A stretch of DNA of 64,000 nucleotides from an uncultured Chloroflexia bacterium (GCA_963842695.1 CAWJHK010000006.1:163761-227760), one strand, 5' to 3'. Positions 40,221 through 49,929 are shown, counted from the stretch's first letter. A program made the numbers and translations. The notes: generated from the sequence alone by a model not told the origin.

Positions 40221-41586
40221 GTGAACCGCCCCATCCGACGCCTCCTCGCCGCCGCCGCCCTCAGTGCCGTCGCGATCAGCGGCATCGTCGGGTTCATCCC
40301 GCGCGGCACCACTCCCGCCGGCGCCGTCTCGGGCGTGGCGGGCGCGGTCGCGTCCCCGGCCGCGAGTGCCGCCGAGTCGGCCACGGCCAGCGCACCAGCG
40401 TTGAGCGCGGCACCGTCGACCGCGGTCGCGCCTCGATCCCCGGCGCCGTCATCGCCGATCGCGACGCCGCGGGTCGGCCTCGACCCGACGGCCACGGCCG
40501 CCCTCGGAGCGGAGCTCGATGCTCGCGTCGAACGCTGGCGGGCGAAGCACGGTGCTCCCGGCGTCTCGGTGGCGATCGTCTTCGCCGACGGGACGGTCTG
40601 GACGGGCGCCAGCGGCCTCGCCGACGTCAAGACGGGGCGGCGCGTCACCCCCGACACGGCCTTCTCGGTGGCCAGCGTGTCGAAGACGTTCACGGCCGCG
40701 CTCATCGTCGACCTGGCGGCCGACGGCCACCTCCGTCTCGATGCCTCGGCCCGATCCTACGTGCCGGATCTCCCGATCGACAGCGCGATCACGGTCCGCC
40801 AGCTGCTCGACCACACGAGCGGCCTGCGCGACTTCTACCTGAACGGGCGCATCGACAAGGCCCTGCTCGGTGACAAGAGCCGGGAGTGGGATGCGAAGCG
40901 CTCCCTCGCCTACATCGGCAAGCCGGCCGCCCGCCCGGGCACGACGTGGCGCTACTCCAACACGAACTACCTCGTCCTCGGGCTGGTGGCCGAGGCGGTC
41001 GGCCGGGCGCCGGTCGCCGAGCAGCTGCGCGACCGGTTCCTGGACCCGCTCGGTCTCGCACGACACCTGGTTCCAGTCCGTCGAGACGGCCCGGGCGCCG
41101 GTGGCACATGCCTATCGATTCACGGGCGCGAAGCCCGCTCTCCGCCCGATCGACCTGTCGGACGGCACGCCGGTCGTGCCGTTCACCTCGGTCGTGACCG
41201 CGTCCGGTGCCGCGGGCTCGATCGCGAGCACCGCCGAGGACCTCGCCCACTGGGTCGGCGCCCTGTACGGCGGGACGGCCCTCGACCCGATGGCGCGGGC
41301 GACCATGGTGGCCGACGTCGTGGCGACCGCCCGGTACCGCCCGCGGATCCCGTACGGGCTCGGCGTTCAGGCCATCGAGATCGACGGGCGACCGACCCTC
41401 GGCCATTCCGGACGCTTCCTTGGCGCCCGCGCCGCTGCGCGGTGGCTGCCCAACCAGCGGATCGCCATCGCCGTCGTCACGAACCAGAGCCGGTCGGATC
41501 CCGCTCCGCTCGTCGCGGACCTGCTGACGATCGCGCTGAAACCGCCATCCCAGCCGGCCTGCTCGACCTGCCCGACGACGCCCTGA
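40221..41586 (+). CDS. secreted serine hydrolase (beta-lactamase class C / D-Ala-D-Ala peptidase-like); frameshift near 41060
   Basis: Signal peptide, SVSK (SxxK), LLDHTSG, YSN, GHSG. Confidence 0.85.
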
Positions 41587-41712
41587 TCGACCGCCCACGA
41601 CGCCGATCGGACGCTGTCGGCCCGGTACGAAGGGACTCCCCGCATCGGTACCGCCGGGTCTGTGCGCGTTCGCTCGGTGGCGCCAGACTGCGAAGAAGCC
41701 GGGGAAGGTGAC

Positions 41713-42306
41713 ATGTCGATTCGCGTCGATGCATACACGAGCGGGGGAATGGCGAGCGGCATCCTCGCGCGCCCGGGGCACCTCCGCGAGGCGCTCGAGT
41801 CGAATGACGAGCTCCCGCTGGATCGGGCCGCCTGGCAGGCGCTCGACGAGGAGACTCCCCACATCGCCGGGTCGATGTCGATCCCGAGCGACGACGTGCT
41901 GATCGCCGTCGGCGACGAGGATCCCGGCATCCCGGTCCACGCCGCATGGCACCACATCGAGCTCGACGCCGGGCCGTACAGCCTGGAGGGCGATCTCGCC
42001 ACGATGCCCGGCTTCGACCCGGGCCGCGCGCTGACGCGCCCCTCGGGCGAGTTCGTGCTCCTGCGCGACATCCGGCTGTCGGTCCGCGACCGGCCCGAGG
42101 CGGGGGTGGCGGTCGGCGACCACGCGCTGATCAACCGCTATGGCGTGGACCGGATCCGCGCGGACCTGATGCTCGGCTTCTTCTTCCCGGGTGCGGTGCT
42201 CGACTCCACGGCACCGACCGGTGGCACGGCACCGACCGGTGGCACGGCACCGGCGCCCGACACGGCACCTGCTCCTGACACGGCACCGGCCGGCGGAGCC
42301 GCCTGA
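41713..42306 (+). CDS. hypothetical protein with repetitive C-terminal tail
   Basis: GGAAGG RBS, GC3-biased codons, GPYSLEG...PGFDP...F motif. Confidence 0.75.
   Translation: MSIRVDAYTSGGMASGILARPGHLREALESNDELPLDRAAWQALDEETPHIAGSMSIPSDDVLIAVGDEDPGIPVHAAWHHIELDAGPYSLEGDLATMPGFDPGRALTRPSGEFVLLRDIRLSVRDRPEAGVAVGDHALINRYGVDRIRADLMLGFFFPGAVLDSTAPTGGTAPTGGTAPAPDTAPAPDTAPAGGAA
42208..42297 (+). repeat. five in-frame 18-bp tandem units (TAPTGG x2, TAPAPD x2, TAPAGG)
   Basis: acggcaccgaccggtggc twice, followed by three degenerate acggcacc-started units. Confidence 0.9.
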
Positions 42307-42330
42307 CGCGTCAACCCGTCGCGGGACTCG

Positions 42331-43596
42331 TCAGCGCGAATGCCCGCTCGTCGCCCCCGATCGACGTCGAACGGGCTTGCGATGCGCGTGGTGCTCGCTG
42401 CCGGTCCGGGCGTGTCCGCTCCGGGCCCCGAGCGGTCGCGGCTCGGCATTGCGATCGGGGATGAACCCTTCTTCGACAGTCCACGGGATCGCCATGCGGA
42501 GCATCCGCTGGACGGCGCGCAACAGGTCGGTCTCGTCGATGCAGACGAGCGAGATCGCCTCGCCGGTCGCCCCGGCCCGCCCCGTCCGGCCGATCCGGTG
42601 GATGTAGTCCTGCGGGTTCCACGGCAGCTCGAAGTTGACGACCGCGGGCAGGTCCTCGATGTCGAGGCCACGGGCGGCGACATCGGTCGCCACCAGGACC
42701 CGGATCTCACCGCTCTTGAAGCCTTCCAGGGCGCGCGTCCGCTCCGGCTGCGAGCGGTCGGAATGGATCGCCACCGCATCGAGCCCTTCGCGATCGAGTC
42801 GGTTGGCCAGCCGCGTCGCGGCGAGCTTGGTCCGGGTGAAGACGAGGACCTGGCGCATGTCGTTCTTGCGGATCAGGTGGGCGAGAAGGGCCTCCTTGCG
42901 GTCGCGGTCGACCGGGTAGACGAGCTGGTGGATCGCCTCCAGGGTCGTGTTCCGCGGGGCGACCTCGACCGTGGCCGGGTCGCGCAGGATGCCGCCCGAC
43001 AGGCGCCGGATGTCATCCGAGAAGGTGGCCGAGAACATCAGGTTCTGGCGCTTGGCGGGCAGCAGCGCGATGATCTTCTGGATGTCGGGCAGAAAGCCCA
43101 TGTCGAGCATCCGGTCGGCCTCGTCGAGGACGAGGATCTCGACCTGGCCGAGGTTCGCCACTCGCTGGCCGACGAGGTCGAGCAGGCGGCCCGGTGTCGC
43201 GACCAGGATCTCGATGCCACCGCGCAGGGCCTTGATCTGAGGATCCATCGGGATCCCGCCATAGACGACGGTCGAGCGCAGCGGGACGGTCCGGCCGTAG
43301 GTCTGGACGCTTTCGTCGACCTGCATCGCGAGCTCGCGGGTCGGGACGAGGATCAGGACGAGGACCGGGTGACGGGCGGGCGAGAAGCTGGTATTCGCCC
43401 GGCTGCGCAGGCGGTCGAGGATGGGCAGCACGAACGCGGCGGTCTTGCCGGTACCGGTCTGCGCGGCTGCCAGGACGTCGCGCCCGGCGAGCACGAGGGG
43501 GATGGCCGCTTCCTGGACGGGGGTGGGCTGTTCGTAGCCCTCCTCGCCCACCATCCGGACGAGGTCGGCCGACAGGCCGAGTGAATCGAAGGTCAA
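42331..43596 (-). CDS. rhlE: DEAD-box RNA helicase (RhlE-like)
   Basis: AGGAG-N6-TTG start; Q motif, AQTGTGKT, PTREL, TPGR, DEAD, SAT, ARGLD, HRIGRTGRAG. Confidence 0.9.
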   Translation of the reverse strand: MTFDSLGLSADLVRMVGEEGYEQPTPVQEAAIPLVLAGRDVLAAAQTGTGKTAAFVLPILDRLRSRANTSFSPARHPVLVLILVPTRELAMQVDESVQTYGRTVPLRSTVVYGGIPMDPQIKALRGGIEILVATPGRLLDLVGQRVANLGQVEILVLDEADRMLDMGFLPDIQKIIALLPAKRQNLMFSATFSDDIRRLSGGILRDPATVEVAPRNTTLEAIHQLVYPVDRDRKEALLAHLIRKNDMRQVLVFTRTKLAATRLANRLDREGLDAVAIHSDRSQPERTRALEGFKSGEIRVLVATDVAARGLDIEDLPAVVNFELPWNPQDYIHRIGRTGRAGATGEAISLVCIDETDLLRAVQRMLRMAIPWTVEEGFIPDRNAEPRPLGARSGHARTGSEHHAHRKPVRRRSGATSGHSR

Positions 43597-43725
43597 CCGT
43601 CGCTCCTGTGTGGTCCCGTCGCCGGCACCCGGTTCGGACTGCGACGGTGGCCCCGCACGACGTGCTAGGACGGCATCGGCCGTCCGGGCCGCGGCGAGCA
43701 TAGCCGAAATGACTAGCATCCGACC

Positions 43726-44238
43726 GTGACGCCCGCCCCGACCCGCGCCATCGAGCTCGTCAAGCGTGCCGGCATCCCGTACGCCGTCCACGAGTACGAG
43801 CTTGCCGAGCGCCACGGCCGGGATCGGGACGCGCGCCCGTCGTACGGCGTCGAGGCGGCGGCGGCCCTCGGCGTGCCGCCCGAACGCGTGCTCAAGACCA
43901 TCGTGGCGACCGTGGACGATCGCCTGGTCCTGGCGGTCCTGCCGGTGGCCAGCGAGCTCGATCTCAAGCGGCTGGGCGCGGCATTCGGTGCGCGACGGGC
44001 AGCGCTGGCGGACCCCGCCGTCGCGCAACGGGCCACGGGCCAGGTCGTCGGCGGGATCAGCCCGCTCGGCTCGCGACGGCCGATCCCCGTCGTCGTCGAC
44101 CCGGCCGTCCGCGGCCAGGCGACGGTGTTCGTGTCGGCCGGCCGGCGCGGTCTGCAGCTCGAGCTGGCGCCGGACGACCTGGTGCTCCTGTGCAAAGCCC
44201 CATGGACCAGCATCTCGAGGGACCAAGGTCCGGGATGA
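43726..44238 (+). CDS. ybaK: YbaK/EbsC aminoacyl-tRNA deacylase
   Basis: YGVEAA, VLKT, TG..VGGISPLG, VSAGRRGLQLEL. Confidence 0.9.
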   Translation: MTPAPTRAIELVKRAGIPYAVHEYELAERHGRDRDARPSYGVEAAAALGVPPERVLKTIVATVDDRLVLAVLPVASELDLKRLGAAFGARRAALADPAVAQRATGQVVGGISPLGSRRPIPVVVDPAVRGQATVFVSAGRRGLQLELAPDDLVLLCKAPWTSISRDQGPG

Positions 44239-44515
44239 CACGGATGCGGTCCGGCTGGCATACTGGCGCCGCTCCCAGGCAAGCTTCGTAGACAGGGCCC
44301 AACAGAAGAAAGCCGCCCCCCACGGCAGAAACCTGTCTCGTGTCGGGTGTCCTCCCCAAGGGTCACCTGGCCGCCCGTCGATCTCCTTTCCGTGCGTCGC
44401 CTCGGCGTGCGCCTGCCGACGATCACATCGTCGTGCCCTTCTCTGCCGCCGGCGGCACCACCCACCGTCATCGCGTGCCACCACGTGATGTTCCGGCGGA
44501 CAGGAGGCATGAGTC

Positions 44516-45358
44516 TTGCGAGTCCCAGAAGACGGCGCCCAGCGGGCGTCTTCCAACCGATCGGTCAGGCTGACCGTCCTCGGTCTCGCGTTCGCACTGG
44601 TCGGTGCGTTCGCCGTCGCCAACCCGACCCCCGCCGCGGCCGCGGGCATGAAGGTCGTCATCGTCGTCGGTCCGGTCGAGTCGAGCACCGCGAACTACCG
44701 GGACAACGCCAGGCGATACGCGTCGCAGGCTCGTTCCTACGGTGCATCCGTGGTCGAGATCTACAGCCCGAACGCGACGTGGTCCAGGGTCAAGGCGGCC
44801 GCCCAGGGCGCCAATGTCCTGATCTACCTCGGTCACGGCAACGGCTCGCCCAGCCCGTACGGTGCCTTCTCCAGGTACACCAAGGACGGCATGGGGCTCA
44901 ACAAGACGGCGGGCAACGGCAACAGCAATACGAAATATTGGGGCGAGTGGTACATGTCCACCTACCTCAAGCTCGCGCCGAATGCGGTGGTCATCCTGAA
45001 CCGGCTGTGCTACGCCTCGGGCAACTCCGAGTGGGGAACCGCCAACCCGACAAGGGCGACCGCGATCAAGCGTGTCGACAACTACGGCGCAGGCTTCCTC
45101 CGGACCGGCGCGAAGGCAGTCTTCGCCGAAGGGATCACCAGCGCGTCGTACATCCTGTACGGGCTGTTCAGGACGGGCCGCTCGATCGGCTCGATCTTCC
45201 AGAGCTCGCCCAGGTGGAGCGGGGCCTACGACCTCAAGTTCGCGTCGACGCGGACCCCGGGCTCGACCGCCTGGATGGACCCGTACGCACCGAACCGGTA
45301 CTACCGTTCCGTGATCGGCAACCTCGGTCTGAGTGCCACGAGCGTTCGCAGCCACTGA
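44516..45358 (+). CDS. secreted protein with caspase/gingipain-like His-Gly and Cys motifs
   Basis: AGGAGG-N8-TTG; signal peptide; VLIYLGHGNG and ILNRLCYASG. Confidence 0.7.
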   Translation: MRVPEDGAQRASSNRSVRLTVLGLAFALVGAFAVANPTPAAAAGMKVVIVVGPVESSTANYRDNARRYASQARSYGASVVEIYSPNATWSRVKAAAQGANVLIYLGHGNGSPSPYGAFSRYTKDGMGLNKTAGNGNSNTKYWGEWYMSTYLKLAPNAVVILNRLCYASGNSEWGTANPTRATAIKRVDNYGAGFLRTGAKAVFAEGITSASYILYGLFRTGRSIGSIFQSSPRWSGAYDLKFASTRTPGSTAWMDPYAPNRYYRSVIGNLGLSATSVRSH

Positions 45359-45380
45359 CCGATCATCGCCCCGAGACAGG

Positions 45381-45417
45381 GAGCCCCCGCGACGGCCGAT
45401 CGCCGGACGGGGGCTTC
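45381..45417 (+). terminator. hairpin after the secreted protein gene
   Basis: gagcccccg...cgggggcttc followed by ttc. Confidence 0.55.
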
Positions 45418-45527
45418 TTCGTGCGTTCCCTCGCTGGCCCGTGCCCGCGCCTTTACGGATACGCGGAGGCCCCGGTCCGGGACGAGGATCCCGGCCGGGG
45501 CCGTGAGAGGCGGGGGAGGGTCCGGCT

Positions 45528-45647
45528 CTAGGCCGTGGCGACGTTGGCGATGACGCCGAGCATGGCCAGGATGGTCAGCAGCACGACGAACAGGGCCGGG
45601 ATCGTGCCGAAGACCTCGGTCTCCAGAACGTTGATCTGGGTGGACAT
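45528..45647 (-). CDS. 39-aa single-TM microprotein
   Basis: AAAGGAG RBS; MSTQINVLETEVFGTIPALFVVLLTILAMLGVIANVATA; GC3-biased codons. Confidence 0.7.
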   Translation of the reverse strand: MSTQINVLETEVFGTIPALFVVLLTILAMLGVIANVATA

Positions 45648-45855
45648 CGACGCGACTCCTTTCTCGTCATGCGTGGTCCGCCGTGACGGCGGCCGTGCAG
45701 CGATCATCGCCGCCGCGGGCTCGGACGGCAGCCGACGTGGGGCGACCAACCGGGCTGCCGGATGCCCGTTCGCGGCATGGACGGATGACGATGTCTGCGC
45801 GCGGACAATGGCGGCAGTGAGTGCCGGTAAAGAAGGACGGGCTACCATGCCTCCC

Positions 45856-46422
45856 ATGACCAAGCCGACCTCCCTCCCGTTCACCGGCGATGACGCCGCG
45901 GACCGCCTCCTCGCCGACGATCCGCTGGCGCTGCTGGTCGGGTTCGCCCTCGATCAGCAGGTGACCGTCCAGAAGGCGTTCAGCGGCCCGGCCGAGCTCA
46001 AGCGCAGGCTGGGGCATCTCGATGCCGCGCGGATCGCGGCCATGGCACCCGACGACCTTGCGGAGGTCTTCCGCGAACGTCCGGCGCTCCACCGTTTCCC
46101 GGGATCGATGGCCGGCAAGATCCAGGCGCTCTGCGCGGCGATCGCCACGGACTACGGCAACGACGCGGCCAGGGTCTGGGGCGAGGCGGTCGACGGGCCG
46201 GACCTGGAGCGGCGGCTCCTCGGTCTGCCCGGTATCGGAGACATGAAGGCCAAGTCGCTGATCGCCGTCCTCGGCAAGCGCTTCGGCGTCAGACCGCCGG
46301 GCTACGAGACGGTCGCGCCGACCTGGCCGACCCTCGGCGACGTCGATTCGGCCGAGGCGCTGGCGACGTACCAGGCGGGCAAGCGCGCCCACAAGGCGGC
46401 GATGCGGGCCGGCGGCAGCTGA
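45856..46422 (+). CDS. HhH-GPD-type base excision repair protein
   Basis: DPLALLVG..LDQQV, AFSGP, PALHRFPGSMA, HhH LPGIGDMKA. Confidence 0.88.
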   Translation: MTKPTSLPFTGDDAADRLLADDPLALLVGFALDQQVTVQKAFSGPAELKRRLGHLDAARIAAMAPDDLAEVFRERPALHRFPGSMAGKIQALCAAIATDYGNDAARVWGEAVDGPDLERRLLGLPGIGDMKAKSLIAVLGKRFGVRPPGYETVAPTWPTLGDVDSAEALATYQAGKRAHKAAMRAGGS

Positions 46423-46430
46423 AGCCGGAC

Positions 46431-46817
46431 GTGGGCACCACCGACGACGACCGGGTTCGCCGCGCGCTGCGACACGGCCACACGATCGACATCACAACGA
46501 CCGGGCGGCGGTCGGGCCTGCCGCGACGCATCGAGATCGTCTTCCACAACTTCGGCGGGCGGATCTGGATCACCGGCACGCCGAACGCGGAACGGGAGCG
46601 GGCCTGGCTCCTCAACCTCGAGGCCGACCCGCGGTTCACCTTCCACCTCAAGCGCCCGGTCGCGGCCGACCTGCCGGCGACCGCCCGGGTGGTCACGGAC
46701 GAGGCCGAGCGGCGCACGGTGTTCGCCGAGGTCGTCAAGGTCTGGCGAGGGCATGACGTGGAGACGATGACCCGCTACAGCCCGCTGATCGAGGTCACCA
46801 TCGAGGACGCGGCCTGA
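46431..46817 (+). CDS. deazaflavin (F420)-dependent nitroreductase family protein
   Basis: TTTGRRSGLPRRIEI, WLLNLEADP. Confidence 0.8.
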   Translation: MGTTDDDRVRRALRHGHTIDITTTGRRSGLPRRIEIVFHNFGGRIWITGTPNAERERAWLLNLEADPRFTFHLKRPVAADLPATARVVTDEAERRTVFAEVVKVWRGHDVETMTRYSPLIEVTIEDAA

Positions 46818-46870
46818 GTCCTCACGCCCGCGTCGACCGTCGCGACGTGGCGCCGTTAGACTGCCACTAC

Positions 46871-47485
46871 GTGCCCGATCCCAGCGACCCACTGACGCCA
46901 CCTGCCCCGACCCGTCGCCGCCGCAGCCCGAAATTCGTGCTGCCCGAGCACCATCACGACGAGCGATCGAGCGAGCGCGCCGAGCAGCACATCGAGGCGT
47001 TCCTGACCACCCCCGCCTCGCCGCGTCGCCGGCGGAAGGCCACCGGGCGAGCTCGGCGACCGGTCGAGCTCGACACGCGACCGGACTGGACGGCCGCCGT
47101 CCGTCACGAGGCAGCGCGCCACGACCGCTACGGTCGCCCGGCCTCCATCCTGCTCATCGAGCTGGCACATTGTCCGGTCGCCGACTCCCGCGATCGGCTG
47201 GCGCGGGTGGTCGCCGATGCGATCCGGGCCGAGGCGCGTGAGACCGACCGCGCGGTCCGCTACGGCGCCGCGAGCTTCCGGATGCTGCTGCCCGAGACCG
47301 GCGACCGGGCGGCGAGGACCGTCGCGGACCGGCTCGCGCGCGCCGTCCGAGCGACTACGGACGCGTCCCTCAGCGGCGATCTCGCGATCGACGTCGTCAC
47401 GCCGTCGCGTTTCGGGACGCTCGAGGAGGCCCTGGCCGACGCCGAACGCCGCCTCACCGTAGGAGCGGTCGAACCCGTCGCCTGA
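46871..47485 (+). CDS. degenerate GGDEF-domain protein
   Basis: E.ARHDRYGRP.SILL, RETD-x5-GAASF in place of GGDEF, LLPET, ADRL, ADAE. Confidence 0.75.
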   Translation: MPDPSDPLTPPAPTRRRRSPKFVLPEHHHDERSSERAEQHIEAFLTTPASPRRRRKATGRARRPVELDTRPDWTAAVRHEAARHDRYGRPASILLIELAHCPVADSRDRLARVVADAIRAEARETDRAVRYGAASFRMLLPETGDRAARTVADRLARAVRATTDASLSGDLAIDVVTPSRFGTLEEALADAERRLTVGAVEPVA

Positions 47486-47500
47486 GGTGCCGCGCCGGCG

Positions 47501-47890
47501 CTATTCGACAAGCGTCTTCACGAGGTGGTCCAGCTCGGAATCGGGGTCGTCGCACAGGCCGGTGTGCACCTCCGAGGCCTGGATCATCGTGCTCGACGGC
47601 GAGACCAGCCAGTGGAATCGCTCCGCCTGGCCGAGCCGGGCGATCGGCCCGGCGTCCGGGTCGCCGGCCGCGATCCGCTCGATGGCGGACAGGTGCGGCC
47701 GGATGACCGCCGGGTCGAGATCCGGGGCGAAGGCGGCCATCCGCCGCTCATCGAGGGCGATGCGCGCCGCCAGGTAGCGACGCGGGCGGCAGAGCAGGAT
47801 CACGCCGACATTCAGGCACTCGCCTCGCTCGACACGCGGGTGCACCCGGACGATCGCGTATTGGAAGACGTTAGGCGGCGCGTCGGGCAC
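47501..47890 (-). CDS. DUF3037 domain protein
   Basis: FQYAIVRV.PRVERGE..NVGV, ERFHWLVSPSST.IQ.S.VHTG. Confidence 0.9.
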   Translation of the reverse strand: MPDAPPNVFQYAIVRVHPRVERGECLNVGVILLCRPRRYLAARIALDERRMAAFAPDLDPAVIRPHLSAIERIAAGDPDAGPIARLGQAERFHWLVSPSSTMIQASEVHTGLCDDPDSELDHLVKTLVE

Positions 47891-48656
47891 GATCCGCCTC
47901 CTCGACGAAGGGTCGTGGAGCCTCGAGCCGCCGGCCGATGTAGCGCACGTAGGCGCGGCGCTGGGCGGTCGCGTCGCCCGCCAGGGGATCGTCCGGCAGC
48001 CAGGCGTCGGGAAGCGCGGCGACGATCCCGTCGAGGAGCTCTTCGTCGATCCGCCCGGCGTGACGGTCGTCGGCATCCGCGATCGACCCGGCATACGGCA
48101 GCAGCACGTGGTCGCCGATCCGCTCGAACGGCCTGCGGGCGTGGTCGTCCGGGTCGCGCCAGGTGTGATGGATGTACAGCGCGGCCCCGTGGTCGATCAA
48201 CCACGGCCGGCCGTGCCAGACGAGAAGGTTCGGGTTCTGCGCGGTTCGGTCGGGGTTCGTGACGAGCCCGTCGAGCCAGACCACGTCGGCCGCGAACCCG
48301 GGATCGATCGAGCTGCGCGCCGCGACGGCCGGGTTGAACGCCAGGGCTCCGGGCAGGAAATCCATCCCGAGGTTGAGCCCGCCGCTGGCCCTCACGAGGT
48401 CGTGGATCTCCTCGTCGGGCTCCGCATCGCCGAGGGCCGGATCGAGCTCGACCGCGACGAGGTCGGGCACGGGCAGACCGATGGCCCGGCCGATCTCGCC
48501 GGCCAGCCACTCGGCCACGAGGGCGCGTGGTCCCTGCCCGGCGCCGCGAAACTTGACCACGTAGAGGCCGTCGTCGTCGGCCTCGACCAGCCCGGGCAGC
48601 GAGCCGCCCTCGCGCAGGGGCGTCACGTAGCGCGTCGCGACCACCGTCCGCATCAC
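47871..48656 (-). CDS. HipA-like kinase
   Basis: RYVTPLREGGSLP, VVKFRGAGQG, NPDRT..NPNLL, LIDHGA. Confidence 0.88.
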   Translation of the reverse strand: MMRTVVATRYVTPLREGGSLPGLVEADDDGLYVVKFRGAGQGPRALVAEWLAGEIGRAIGLPVPDLVAVELDPALGDAEPDEEIHDLVRASGGLNLGMDFLPGALAFNPAVAARSSIDPGFAADVVWLDGLVTNPDRTAQNPNLLVWHGRPWLIDHGAALYIHHTWRDPDDHARRPFERIGDHVLLPYAGSIADADDRHAGRIDEELLDGIVAALPDAWLPDDPLAGDATAQRRAYVRYIGRRLEAPRPFVEEADRARRAA

Positions 48657-48745
48657 GCCGCAGAGCGTAGCCGCCGGATCGTCGCCCCGCGCAGGCGGTC
48701 CGCGACCGTCGGACCGTCGGGCGAATCGGGTCGACCCGGAGGATT

Positions 48746-48779
48746 CCTGACAGGTTCTGGCAGGTATCCCCGCTATCGT
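48746..48779 (+). promoter_or_regulatory. putative WYL-regulator operator plus -10 box (copy 1)
   Basis: ccTGACAggttcTGGCAggtatc-cccgc-TATCGT. Confidence 0.7.
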
Positions 48780-48828
48780 CAGACGCACGAGATCGATGGC
48801 GATCGACGCGATGCGGGAGGCACCCACG

Positions 48829-49113
48829 ATGTTCCTCGAACTGTCCGCCCGGTACCTGCTGGAACGCCACCAGGCGCTGGAGAACGACCCGACCCTCGCC
48901 CTCCGCGTGGAGCTCCGGCGCCGCACCGAAGCGGCGGCCGACGAGACGGATCGCTCAGCGGGGATCGGCGGCGTATCGCTCAGCGACGGCACCGGCCGTC
49001 GCCGCCACACGGGCACGGACCTCGGGCGGCTCCAGCACTTCGACCCATCGACCTGCACCGAGCAGTACGCTGGCCACCTCATCCGGCCAGTCCATCCGCA
49101 GCCGGAGCCGTAG
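48829..49113 (+). CDS. small hypothetical protein downstream of the operator; 3' part antisense to the WYL gene
   Basis: GGGAGG-N8-ATG; MFLELSARYLLERHQALENDPTLALRVELRRR; GC3-biased over the first ~40 codons. Confidence 0.55.
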   Translation: MFLELSARYLLERHQALENDPTLALRVELRRRTEAAADETDRSAGIGGVSLSDGTGRRRHTGTDLGRLQHFDPSTCTEQYAGHLIRPVHPQPEP

Positions 49114-49929
49114 CCAGCCTTCGGGATCCGGGTCGGTCAGGGACTCGGCTGCCTGGACCACCGCGTAGCCGGCCGCTCTCCGCAGGTCGTCGAGGCGATC
49201 CGGGCGCACTCGGACGACGACCTCGATCCTGGGCGCGTCGCGCTCGAACGCGGCGGATGACTCGGTCCAGTACGAGCCGAGGTCGAAGCCGGCGGGTCGC
49301 TCGAACGTCGTCCCTTCGAGCTCGACGGCCGCGACGCGGGACACCCGGTACGTGCGCAGCTGGCCGTCGACCGACGCCACGACATACCAGATGCCGCCCT
49401 TGAGCACGACGCCGAGCGGGTCGATCACACGGCGGACGACGGCGTCCTCGCGGTAGTAGTCGATGACGCATCGCGTCCCGTTCCAGACCGCATCCGACAG
49501 TGCCCCGAGGTGAGGGACCGGCTGGCTGGCATGGAACCACTCCCCGGCGTCGAGATGGAAGCGCTCGACCAGGCGGGAGGCGCGCGTCCGGAGCTCGCTT
49601 GGGAGCGAGGCGAGGACCTTGAGCTGCGCGGCGGCGACGACCGTGCCGAGCCCGAGCTCCGCCGCCGGGCCTGGGATCCCCGCCAGGAACAGGGCCTCGG
49701 CCTCCTCGCCGGTCATGCCGGTCAGACGCGTCCGGTAGCCGTCCACCAATCGGATGCCGCCATGGGTGCCGCGCTCCGCGTAGATCGGGACGCCCGACGC
49801 GCTGAGCGCCTCGACGTCGCGATGGACGGTCCGCTCCGAGACCTCGAGCTCTCGGGCGAGCTCGGCAGCCGTCAGCTGCCCCCGTGATTGGAGGAGCAAC
49901 AGGAGCGACACGAGACGGGACGCCCGCAT
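48955..49929 (-). CDS. YafY-family HTH-WYL transcriptional regulator
   Basis: MRASRL...LARELEVSERTVHRDVEAL HTH, PLGVVLKGGIWYVVA, RTYRVSRV, VLEPPEVR (WCX). Confidence 0.93.
   Translation of the reverse strand: MRASRLVSLLLLLQSRGQLTAAELARELEVSERTVHRDVEALSASGVPIYAERGTHGGIRLVDGYRTRLTGMTGEEAEALFLAGIPGPAAELGLGTVVAAAQLKVLASLPSELRTRASRLVERFHLDAGEWFHASQPVPHLGALSDAVWNGTRCVIDYYREDAVVRRVIDPLGVVLKGGIWYVVASVDGQLRTYRVSRVAAVELEGTTFERPAGFDLGSYWTESSAAFERDAPRIEVVVRVRPDRLDDLRRAAGYAVVQAAESLTDPDPEGWLRLRLRMDWPDEVASVLLGAGRWVEVLEPPEVRARVAATAGAVAERYAADPR

Noticed and set aside
42208-42297. Tandem repeats as a CRISPR array
   Set aside because: No spacers, in-frame coding, and no cas genes in the window.
42331-44688. 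785-aa helicase with a long N-terminal extension
   Set aside because: The extension is antisense to ybaK; the helicase has an AGGAG-TTG start at 43596 and its own -10 box.
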